Shown in pieces: positions 52,831 to 64,000 of a stretch of DNA of 64,000 nt (its first letter is position 1; the number at the start of each line of letters is the position of its first letter). The position numbers were made by a program, and so were the translations under genes. The notes under the pieces are model-generated. The model searched no databases, was not told where the DNA came from, and saw only the letters and a list, made by a program, of their open reading frames with translations. This stretch comes from Octopus sinensis (Eukaryota): positions 105,648,001 through 105,712,000 of the forward strand of contig NC_042998.1 in the NCBI RefSeq assembly GCF_006345805.1, given 5' to 3'.

Positions 52831-54493
52831 AAATCACGGCCATCTATACATACAGGTGGGTTCTTTATGACCTCTCACATGCTCACATGTCCTGTCCTGT
52901 CAAAATTACCCCACAACCCATCCCACCATCCATGATCACCATCTACTGCAAGCACCTCCACTCTCCATTACATGCCTGTCTTCACACTCTCCGTGTCCAC
53001 ACACATCTACTGTACCTTGATCCCACCCTCTCCAATTTCTCTCACCATCACTTGCTACAGTAATGTCTTCACCATTTCTAAAAATCCGCACCTCACACTA
53101 TCTTTACAACTTTTACTCCTGCATTGACCCCAAAAGGATAAACGGCAAACTCAGTTTTGAAAGAATTAGAACCCAGAATATAAAGACAGATGAAATGTTG
53201 CTAAGCCTCTCATGTGGCACAGTATCAATTCTGCCAACTCACCACCTTTGAAACAAGTAAAATATTAAAAGAGTCGATAAATATAAAGAAATTAAAAAAA
53301 TAAGCAACAAATTAACTGAGGAGCTGATTCAATACCAAAAATATTGGCAAATGTGTTCAGGTGAGCTGACTGTCATTATTTTTAATAAATTATTGTTTAG
53401 AATGTGGTACATAAGCACAGACAATCCAACTATGACTATTATACTTTGTGCTGTCCAATATCACTTTTTCTTTTTTAAGAAAGTAAGTGCATGAATTGTG
53501 GGAGAGTTGGCTGCTATACTTTATAGATTAAGTGATCGTGGGGTCATTTATAATAAGTTAGCCAAGATAGGAGAATGACTGTAAACATCACAAGCCTTTA
53601 TAGAATGGTATGATTGATATTGCTGATAACCAACCTGAACATCTGTTAGTCAATATCTGCAGGAAATATGTGGGAGGGAAAATAGAATGCCAGCAGAATG
53701 AAATGGTACCATGCAGTGGTCATAAAAGATGCATATAATTGAGGTAGATCAAAATAGATTTCGATATAAACAATTATGCCTTATCTGAAAACATTGAACT
53801 TTCATAAAAGACTAAGATGTGTGGAATGTTGCCATATTGTGAACCTCTAAATCTATAAAAAAACATTAGATGTAAGTGATGTTTATGATGATATATTAAT
53901 CTTTGTTTTTACTGATTTTTTAGCCCCAGGTAGGCTGTGGTTAAGCAAAGCTATGATCAAAGGTGCTTTAGCCATGATCCTCCCATCTAATATGTACATT
54001 TTGGATTATACTGTCCAGTTTGATATTTTCTAGAAGTGTATGGCATGATTTGGCAGCTATTTTTAACAGGATTGTAGGCTCATATAAGTACATGTATTCA
54101 CGTGTGTTACTGGATGTATATGAGTACATGTACATGTATATGTGTATGTGTGGTTGCATATGAATCTGTTTATAATACTTGGATATACAATTTATATTTG
54201 ACCAAGTCTCTCATAAACACACACACATACATATGATATCATAATTCACTTAGGTATTGTGATACTAATAACCATATGTATGCTTCTGAAAACAGTCTTA
54301 GTTGAGCACAGAGCCATAATAAGAAAGAGAGATGACAAAAGAATAAACGATTAATCCATGAACTTCATGAAGTTCATGAAACAATCGCTTATTCCTTTGT
54401 CATCAATGTGCTCATATATATATATATATATATATCTCGTAACACCTGTGAGTAAATGCACTTATAAAGACCAACAAACATGTTAAAAATTCA

Positions 54494-54594
<101 letters not shown>

Positions 54595-54607
54595 TATATA
54601 TATATGT

Positions 54608-54692
54608 TTTATTTATTATTTTGCACATTACTTAATCATTGATATATGTTTTTATCTTATATTTAATTTTTTGTAAGATGTATTTTTTTCTA

Positions 54693-54759
<67 letters not shown>

Positions 54760-54825
54760 TTTGTGAAATTTGATTTAGTATTTCTAGATTGAATTTTTCC
54801 CTGTAAGTTTGGAATAATATTCCTG
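54608..54825 (+). repeat. AT-rich unclassified repeat; direct copy at about 56075-56306 and inverted copy at 55912-56030
   Basis: ttattttgcacattacttaatcattgatatatg and ttttgtgaaatttgatttagtatttctag blocks repeated. Confidence 0.8.
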
Positions 54826-54835
54826 CACATTATTG

Positions 54836-55766
54836 GTCAGGCCATAACCCATGGCCCCTACTTGGGACGTAGTCAGTCCACCTGTGCATACCTTCCTTCC
54901 TTCTTGTGACACTTGTGAAGACCTGTTGAGGCAAGTGAAAATCAAATCAAATCAAATCAAAATAGATGAACATCAATGGAATTTGTATCTTGTGGTACCA
55001 GTGCCGGTGGCACACAAGAAAACCATCCGAACGTGGCCGTAGCCAGTACCGCATCGACTGGCCTCCGTGCTGTGGGCACACAACAAACACCATCCGATCG
55101 TGGCCGTTCGCCAGCCTCATCTGGCACCTGTGTTGGTGGCACATAAAAACACCATCCGAAGACCCGGCAAGACTAGTCAGGCCATAACCCGTGGCCCCTA
55201 CCTGGGACGTAGTCAGTCCACCTGTGCATACCTTCCTTCTTGTGACACTTGTGAAGACCTGTTGAGGCAAGTGAAAATCAAATCAAATCAAAACAAATCA
55301 AAATAGATGAACATCAATGGAATTTGTATCTTTGTGGTACCAGTGCCGGTGGCACACAAGAAAATCATCCGAACGTGGCCGTAGCCAGTACCGCAAGACT
55401 GGCCTCCGTGCTTTGGGGACGTAACAAACACCATCCGATCGTGGCCGTCCGCCAGCCTCATCTGGCACCTGTGTCGGTGGCACATAAAAACACCATCCGA
55501 GCGTGGCCGTCTGCCAGCCTCGTCTGGCACCTGTGTCGGTGGCACATAAAAACACCATCCGAGCGTGGCCGTTCGCCAGCCTCGTCTGGCACCTGTGTCG
55601 GTGGCACATAAAATCACCCACTACACTCTCGGAGTGGTTGGCGTTAGGAAGGGCATCCAGCTGTAGAAACACTGCCAGATCTGACTGGCCTGGTGCAGCC
55701 TTCGGGCTCCCCAGACCCCAGTTGAACCGTCCAACCCATGCTAGCATGGAAAACGGACGCTAAATG
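54836..55766 (+). mobile_element. Young RTE 3'-UTR insertion with about 341-bp and 62-bp internal tandem repeats
   Basis: Homologous to the reverse complement of 40205-40830; CpGs intact; caccatccga recurs at 55429, 55491 and 55553; (ATG)n tail. Confidence 0.9.
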
Positions 55767-55822
55767 ATGATGATGATGATGATGATATATATATATATAT
55801 TATATATGTGTGTGTGTGTGTG

Positions 55823-55854
<32 letters not shown>

Positions 55855-56324
55855 TGTATGTATGTATGTATGTATGTTGTATGTATGTATGTATGTATGT
55901 ATGTATGTATGTATAAATTAGAAAAAAACCCAACCTTTTATCAATTCAACAATGAAAAAAATTAAATATAAGATAAAAACATATACCAATGATTAAGTAA
56001 TGTGCAAAATAATAAATGAAACGTATATATTTATATATAAATAAAACGTATATATATATATATACCAAATATATACATTTTATTTATTATTTTGCACATT
56101 ACTTAATCATTGATATATGTTTTTATCTTATATTTAATTTTTCTATAAGACGTAACTTTTTCTAAATGGTATAATTTAATTTTTTCATTGTTGAATTGAT
56201 AAAAGGTAAGTTTTTTTCTAATTTATATATATATATTATATTTTGTGAAATTTGATTTAGTATTTCTAGATTTAATTTTTCCCTGTAAGCTTGGAATAAT
56301 ATTCCCTCATGTTATTATTATTAT

Positions 56325-56365
<41 letters not shown>

Positions 56366-56501
56366 ATAATATAAATAAAGTTAGATAAGGCTGGTTTATT
56401 TATATTATATCACTGCCCTATAACTTAGAGTATACTTCTTTTCTGGATTTATGCTTTACCGATTATATATATATGCATGTGTGTGTGTATATATATATAT
56501 A

Positions 56502-56914
56502 GGCGCAGGAGTGGCTGTGTGGTAAGTAGCTTGTTTACCAACCACATGGTTCCGGGTTCAGTCCCACTGTGTGGCACCTTGGGAAAATGTCTTCTACTAT
56601 AGCCTCGGGCCGACCAAAGCCTTGTGAGTGGATTTGGTAGACGGAAACTGAAAGAAGCCTGTCGTATATATGTATATATATATGCGTGTGTGTGTTTGTG
56701 TGTCTGTGTTTGTCCCCCTAGCATTGCTTGATAACCGATACTGGTGTATTTATGTCCCCGTTACTTAGCGGTTCGGCAAAAGAGACCGATAGAATAAGTA
56801 CTGGGCTTACAAAAGAATAAGTCCCGGGGTCGAGTTGCTCGATTAAAGGTGGTGCTCCAGCATGGCCGCAGTCAAATGACTGAAACAAGTAAAAGAGTAA
56901 AAGAGTAAAGAGAG
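56502..56914 (+). mobile_element. tRNA-derived SINE (family B), full length, young
   Basis: ggcgcaggagtggctgtgtggtaag...gtaaaagagtaaaagagtaaagag. Confidence 0.95.
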
Positions 56915-57101
56915 TATATATATATATATATATATATCTTACAAATTTGGAATTTGACTGATACAGCCACAACTCCTATTTCAGGATAACCTTATTGTAT
57001 GGAATACACATAGAAAGTTATATCCAATAAAATAATATAAGCATTTAAAAAATACTACTATAAGATACAATAAAATTATTTGAAAAAATATATATATATA
57101 T

Positions 57102-57125
57102 AGACAGAAGCCTGTCGTATATATG

Positions 57126-57156
<31 letters not shown>

Positions 57157-57324
57157 CTGTGTTTGTCCCCCTAGCATTGTTTGACCACCGATGCTGGTGT
57201 GTTTAGGTCCCCGTCACTTAGCGGTTCGGCAAAAAGAGACCGATAGAATAAGTACTAAAGGTGGTGCTCCAGCATGGCCGCAGTCAAATGACTGAAACAA
57301 GTAAAAGAGTAAAGAGTAAAAGAG
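57102..57324 (+). mobile_element. Headless family B SINE with internal deletion, inside the left inverted arm
   Basis: gaagcctgtcg..aagtact|aaaggtggtgctcc..; absent from the right arm. Confidence 0.88.
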
Positions 57325-58920
57325 TATATATAACTTATCTATTATTAGTTTGTGGGGAAAGAAGGTATTTTTAATCAATACTGAATTCGTTTCTGCACTG
57401 GTGGTGGTGTTTGTCCAGGCTGTACTTAATACATACAGCCACTAGTGCATCCTCAGGTTATTTATCTTATTGTTACTATTATTAATGGGTCACAGTTAAA
57501 AATACATATTATAAGTCATTTTGAATAAAAAATAAAATTATGAGTAAAACTATAATAAATCTAGCAAAAAAAAAAATTAAATAAGGAAGAATACTTATCG
57601 ACATAATGCTTACTCCTTTTTGTTCTTGTGCAAATGGCTGCTCCCTCTGTCATGTGCTAAGTATTATGGGAATAACATAAATAAAATAAAATACTCTGAA
57701 AAGTTCTTTAAGACTAATAATATTAGAGAGGTTGAATTCAAGGCAAGATAATAACTAGATACTCTTAAATCTAACTGTAACGACTTTTATAGTGTTTACA
57801 ATTTAGAGAATTATGTTAGATTAAACCTGGTCCGTATATTCCTTTTAAGGTAATATTCTTTAATAAATTCTTGGTTTCTGGCATATCTATGTCTAATACT
57901 ATAAAATTCTGTTATAACTACATTTAATTATCTTCCTCATAATTGTTTAAGAGATTACATACTGGGTGGGGGTGGGGTTATAATTTTTTATAATTTTCAT
58001 TTTATAATACGTAAAGTTACTTTTGTGTCAGAATTTTATCCTCTCTCTTCAATACTGTTTAGTAATACCTCTCTCGACTGGAGTATCATCATGAACTTTG
58101 TTGTGCATAATAAGCACATTTTATTACCTATTCTATGACTTCGCTCTACAAATGATATTCCAATTAAGTGTGTATTCTATTTTATTAGATCTCAACTCAC
58201 ATATGTATTTACTTAGACCTGTCGAATTTATTAATTTGGGATGAAGTTAAAGTAGTACTAACGGTGAGGAAATCCCTAATTAGATATAAAAATAAACCAT
58301 GAGCTAGGAAGGACACAAGGGATAGCTTTGATATACCCATGGGTGCCCCAGACTCTACACAAATAACAGATTTAGTAGGAATATACCCATTATTTGAACT
58401 TCGGTTAGGACATCTTAACATTGAAGGAGGACTTTATAGGGACGACCTACACTTTATAACTAAAAACTGCACTAATAGATCATTAGAAAATATAAAGAAA
58501 AACTATACAAATTCTTCAGCAATTATGGTTTAGATATATTTATAGAGAAAGAGCATTTTGTGGTTAACTATCTAGATGCACACCTAAACTAATAAAACCC
58601 AACCATTCCATAAATTAAACGAGAACCTTATGTACATTAATACCCATAGCAACCATCCCAGCTCAGTCAAAAAAGCACTAATAGAAAATATAGGTAAATG
58701 AATTTCTATGTCATCCTTCTTTAATAATTACGGACCCAATAATAATACTAATAATCATCCTAACGCTCAAACAAGTTACAGCTACATTTAAGAGTATCTA
58801 GTTATTATCTCCCCTTGAATTCAACCTTTCTAATATTATTAGTCTTAGAGAATTTTTCAGAGTATTTTATTTTATTTATGTTATTCCCATAATCCCACTT
58901 CTGACAGATAATTTTTTAAA

Positions 58921-58980
58921 GTCGGTGCTCCAGCATGGCCGCAGTCAAATGACTGAAACAAGTAAAAGAGTAAAAGAGTA
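58921..58980 (+). mobile_element. Family B SINE 3' tail only
   Basis: ggtgctccagcatggccgcagtcaaatgactgaaacaagtaaaagagtaaaagag. Confidence 0.9.
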
Positions 58981-60339
58981 TAATACTTAGCGCATGACAG
59001 AGGGAGTAGCCATTTGCACAGGAACGAGGAGAAAGTATTATGTCGATAAGTATTCTTCCTTTGTTCATTTTTCTATAGATTTTTTATTAACGTATATAGC
59101 CGTTTTTACTAAATAATCTTTTTAAATAATATTAACTTACGTTTGAGATTAAAAAATGGTAATTTATACATGTATAGATAGGAGTAAATCTTACACTAAA
59201 TTATTAATTCCCGTAATGTTTATATAGATAGGTTTTAGGATTTGATGTGTTTATAAGATAGTTGTTGAGGGTTTCCTTAGGTTTAGCATCTTCTATCTAT
59301 ATCGGCAATGTAATTTTACGTGTTTAATTTTTTAATTTTTTTAATTTTTAAAAATTTTCTTAATTCTAAAAAATATATTTGTAATTTATATATTTTTATT
59401 ACAGATTTACTCATATTCTTATTTTTCTATTTAATATGACTTTTTGTATTTTTAACTGTGATCCACGCACTAGTGGATTTATGCATTAGGTATAGCCGTG
59501 ATAAACACCCTACCAGTGCAGAAACACATGTAGCATTGATTAAAAATACCTTCTTTCCCCACAGATTAATAACAGGTAAGTTATATATATATTTTCAAAT
59601 AATTTTATTGTATTTTATAGTAGGTTTTTCTAAATGCTTATTATTATTTTACTGGATATAACTTTCTATGTGTATTCCATACAATAAGGTTATCCTGAAA
59701 TAGGAGTTGTGGTTGTATTGGAAAAATCCCAAATTTGTTATAATATCATAAATGATTATACATTGTATTAGTAAAGTGTAAAATAGTAAATGTCCTGATA
59801 ACCTGGAATATTTATTATTCCTAAAGATTTTAAATATATGTGTGTACGTATGTATGTATGTATGTATGTATGTATGTATGTACGTGCGTGTATGTATGTA
59901 TGTATGTATGTATGTATGTATGTATCAGGGATCTGCCTACCTTGAATGAAATAGATTAATAGTAACATTTTTCTTTTATGGCAAAATATCACTTAATTCA
60001 ATAAAGTTATGAATGTTACTCTTATTACTATGCATAAAATACAAAATATCTTTTCTTGCAGATTAGGTAGGCATAATTCACCCCTGCTTTTCAATCTCAG
60101 TATTTAAGCTACAACACCATTTTCTTTACCTGCTATAAAGACAGTTGTAAATCTGCCTTCAATTCAGTTGTATGCCTGTGTTTTGCTTACTTTTTTGTGT
60201 TTTACTACATGAAGGTCACCTATCCTGAGTAATTACTGATGGCACGTGTGTGGTATGCATAAATACATGTATGTATGTGTGTATGCATGCATGTGGACAT
60301 GTGTGAATGTATGTGTGTGTATGTATGCATGTGCTGCAT

Positions 60340-60564
60340 TCATGATCATAAGACAGTAGTTTTGATTACTGAACCAGATGATGTGTTGCATTCTTAAGCA
60401 AAAACATTTGATTCCATGTTGCTCTAGTCCAATCATCTGGAAAAAAGAGTAATGTTGTGAGGGACTGGCATCCAATCCCAGGAGGAAGCGTATATACATT
60501 ACAGAATCTGAGAAACCAGTGTTTAAGAGCCTATGGCAAAGAAAGAACCTTTGATCCATATTTG

Positions 60565-60614
<50 letters not shown>

Positions 60615-60905
60615 ACTTATGTTATGTGTATGTATATATATGTATCTATACACACACACACACATATAAGGAGCATGACTTAGTGGTCAAGATGTTGCAT
60701 GAGCAAAGTATTTCAGTTCACATTGCTTTATGATCATTTCAATATCTGACATGAGGGATCCATTGTACCTATACAGATAATGTTGATCTGATGGAGGGAG
60801 TGAGCTTATGTCTACACAAGCATTTGATTACTATAAGCAAATTATCTGTGTGGTTGTTCAGTAAGAAATTATGAAACCCTCATACATCATCTAATGATGG
60901 GAGAA
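60340..60905. mobile_element. Two old SINE fragments (60340-60560 minus, 60665-60905 plus) separated by a microsatellite
   Basis: cttaagcaaaaacatttgattccatgttgctctagtcc; gagcatgacttagtggtcaag.. Confidence 0.55.
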
Positions 60906-60939
60906 TCTGTCATGCTGCCGCACTTGCTTTTACCTCTCC

Positions 60940-62034
60940 AGCACCACCTTCCTCACTGGCACCCATCATCGACCCTATCTCATAACCGACTCCTTTACCT
61001 GCACTTCTACTAATGTCATCTACTGCTCTGTCTGCCCTTCTCTATAGATCAGGCAAACAGGACGCTGCTTGGCTGACTGGTTCACGGAACACCACCGAGA
61101 CATCCAACTCAGCAATGACACCCTGGTTCGCGCCATTTCCGATCTACTGGTCACTCTTTGCAACACCTGTCCGTATTCGGATTGTCCTTGCACAGGGGCC
61201 ATCCGAACTCCCGTTTGCGCTGTGAACAGGGATTAATCTTCTCTCTTTGCTCTTTTGCACCACATGGGCTCAGCTTTCCTCCCCTCTTCATTTAACCTCC
61301 TCTTTCCCCCTCACATCAACCCCCTCCTACCCACCTCTTCTCTCTTGCTCCGACTCCTACTTCTTCTCTTCACTCCTACCCATCTTCTCCTTCCCACCTT
61401 CATCGTTACCCCTCCCTCATAACCCTATCCACCCCAACACATTCCAATCCACCTTCCCTATCCTTCCTATCCCACCCCACCCCATACACCCACTCACACA
61501 TACTCCCACCTTCTGCCTACACACATACCCACCTCTACCCCCACCCTCAGCCTAACCTACACCCACCTTTGCTTTTCCCACTCTCGCTCCCCCACCTCTC
61601 AACACCATCACACCACACACCACACCACTACACCATACACCACCACACACACACTAGCACTGACCACTTCCCAGCCCCACATCTTTACACCTACACATAC
61701 ACACACGCACACATCAAGGTCACCAGCCCTCTTCCACATGCACATATATACTCTCTTATACATACACATGCACACCTTCGTTTTGGAATCACCACTATTT
61801 TATTATATCCCCTTCTTCCTAGTTCTCCTGTGTGATCCCTCTGTCTGGCATTCTCCATGATAGATCACTAGCCACTACACATTCTATATTTTCTCTCCTT
61901 GTTTCTTTCTGTGTTTCTTTCTGTGGAAGAGCGTAAGCTTGAAATGTTAAAAACTTTTTCACTTCCGGAGCATTAAACTAATACATCTGTTTGTTGTCTA
62001 CACCACCTGTCTTCATCTTTTGTTTTTTGTGAAT

Positions 62035-62040
<6 letters not shown>
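60940..62040 (+). mobile_element. Penelope-like element 3' part (GIY-YIG pseudogene 60990-61280, C-rich tail, terminus with HHR-like motif at 61915-61955)
   Basis: SFTCTSTNVIYCSVCPSL*IRQTGRCLADWFTEHHRDI..HFRSTGHSLQHLSVFGL..RCEQ.LIF; terminus homologous to 14340-14540. Confidence 0.85.
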
Positions 62041-62133
<93 letters not shown>

Positions 62134-62164
62134 AAAGACATATATATATATACATTCATACATA

Positions 62165-62330
62165 CATCATCATCATCATTATCATTTACATCATTTAACA
62201 TCCATTGTTCATGCTAGGACAATCCTCTTTGCCAGGGGGAGTGGTCTTAACAATTCCCTGTGGAGTACAGGTCTTCTTGAGTACAGTAAGGTGCCAGGCA
62301 TCTTGGTCCTTTGTCACTTCAACTGAAAAG
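62165..62330 (-). mobile_element. RTE 3' tail fragment
   Basis: (CAT)n ttaacatccattgttcatgctag..caggtcttcttgagtacagtaaggtgccagg. Confidence 0.6.
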
Positions 62331-62542
62331 CTCAGCAACCTGTGTTCATCATTTATATACACATTTCTGTGTGTGTTTATGCTCCACTTACTTCAGTCTG
62401 TTCTTCTAAGATGTGTATCTTTATGTGCGCATGCATCTGTGTTCTAGTTAGTGTGTATGTGTGTGTAAGTGCATGCATGTACATGTATGTATGTGTGTCA
62501 TAGTTTTTAGCAGTAGTGTGCCCTTCCCCTCAACCCTCTCAC

Positions 62543-62565
62543 CTCATTGTGCTGCTGCTGCTGAC
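62543..62565 (-). CDS. Candidate 23-nt micro-exon (xQQQQHNE or VSSSSTM)
   Basis: cttcctttttttcgggtcttag|..|gtgaga; strong splice sites, no other support. Confidence 0.18.
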
Positions 62566-62771
62566 CTAAGACCCGAAAAAAAGGAAGGTACAGTTCCTGT
62601 ATTCCTCTGTGTATGGGTATTCATCCACGGTGTTGTCATTGTGGTAGTTGTTTTTGTTGTTATTGCCATTCTCAACACTGTTGCTGCCACTGACCATGTT
62701 TGTTGTGTTGTTGACAGCATATGGCTGTCCATGTGTGTTCGTGTGTGTGTATGGTTTCGCTTCATATATAT

Positions 62772-62845
<74 letters not shown>

Positions 62846-63599
62846 TTGTATTAATGCTTGCATAATACATACACTCACATGAGTATGTACATGTGTGTGA
62901 GTATCTGTATGTTTGTATAAAAGTATGAATAATTATATGCCTGTATGTGATGAGTGTATGTAAATGTGTATGAGCTATATAGTCCTGTTATGAGTGTATG
63001 CATGAATATGTGTCAATGTTCATTTATGTGTAAATTTGTATATTAATGTTGAGATATATATGTGAAATCGTGTTAGTGAGACAGAGTGGATATATGTGCT
63101 TATATGTATGTATGTATGTATGTATGTTCGTATGTGTGTGTGTATGTGTATGTGTGTATGTACATATGTATGTATATGTTTGTGTGAATTACTCAGTGAG
63201 TAATATTTCTCCTAAGAATACATTCTAGCAATGAATGCCATTTAATTTTAACTATAAAGAACTTTCTAGAAATGCACACATATATAGTCACCCACACAAA
63301 CATATAAACATATGGATATGAACAAAGATAGTTATGCACAAAAATGCACAAATAAACAAAACTAAATGCTGATATGACCTGGTAAAACATAATTAAAAAA
63401 TCAATAGATAAATCAATAAAATTATATAAATAAATAGAAATTGATAAAGAAAGAAAGAAAGAAATTGAGAAGAAGCAAGAAAGCACAGAAAAGAAAATGC
63501 TCACAAATTAGAGTAATATATTAGAAATGACACTGGATTCAGGAAGGAAAATTAAATTATATACTTCGATGTCATCATATTCTATAATTCTTGTTATGT

Positions 63600-63715
63600 A
63601 AAACAATAACAACAACAACAATAGTAATAGCTGCAGCAGCAACAATAACGGTGGCAGTAACAAGAACACCAATAACAACTGAAACAACCACAACAACAGC
63701 AACAGAAGTAGTAGT
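63600..63715. repeat. Cryptic (AAC)/(AGC) trinucleotide repeat
   Basis: Directly visible. Confidence 0.9.
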
Positions 63716-64000
63716 TCTGTAATTTTTCTGCTTGTACACTGTGACATGTAGAAGGGTTCGTTTCTGTCAAAATAAACAATTGAAGCCAATAAGGGAGCCA
63801 CCACATGGTTGTTCTCTCTGCTAAAAGTAGCAACCAGCTCTCCTCTCACTTGCAAGCTTACTGTTTTAAAAAGGGAAGATGTGTTGGATATACAAAAAAG
63901 AAAGAATCGTCACAGCTAAAATTTCTTTAATCATAAGTCTGCTCAACCAGTACCAAAACTGTACTAAATACAACAGTAATGACAACTCAATCAGCTGATT

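Larger units (their letters stand above)
56960..59720 (+). mobile_element. Penelope-like remnant: RT fragment (about 58200-58720) between long imperfect inverted arms (56960-57670 / 58980-59720)
   Basis: MGAPDSTQITDLVGIY..GGLYRDD and ..VNYLDAHL..YINTHSNHP match PLE RT patterns; arms pair in several blocks. Confidence 0.75.

Noticed and set aside
55429-55615. 62-bp repeats as a CRISPR array
   Set aside because: Contiguous tandem units with no unique spacers, inside an RTE 3' UTR, in a eukaryotic context.
59565-59575. Plus-strand 11-nt micro-exon with strong splice sites
   Set aside because: It lies in the inverted arm of the PLE remnant, and the partner arm (about 57330) lacks the sites.

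Overview
AT-rich, repeat-dominated animal DNA. The SINE, RTE-LINE, Penelope and mariner repertoire looks like an octopus (coleoid cephalopod) genome; this is inferred from repeat recognition only. No host protein-coding exon could be identified by homology, and nearly all ORFs in the supplied track are microsatellite artefacts. Recognisable content: a 5'-truncated RTE LINE (40205-42720), a second RTE body, many RTE 3' tails, R4/Dong-like restriction-endonuclease LINE fragments, one Tc1 and several mariner elements or MITEs with TIRs and TA target sites, at least three tRNA-derived SINE families, and Penelope-like element (PLE) remnants whose termini carry hammerhead-ribozyme (HHR)-like motifs. 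Highlights: (1) a tRNA-headed Pol III SINE whose body is a PLE-type minimal hammerhead (18858-19133); (2) several distinct HHR-like motifs, including a recurrent non-canonical core; (3) a dense set of local fold-back inverted duplications, often beside (TA)n tracts; (4) weak, unverified minus-strand exon and micro-exon chains. Boundaries were read by eye and degraded-element ends are approximate.
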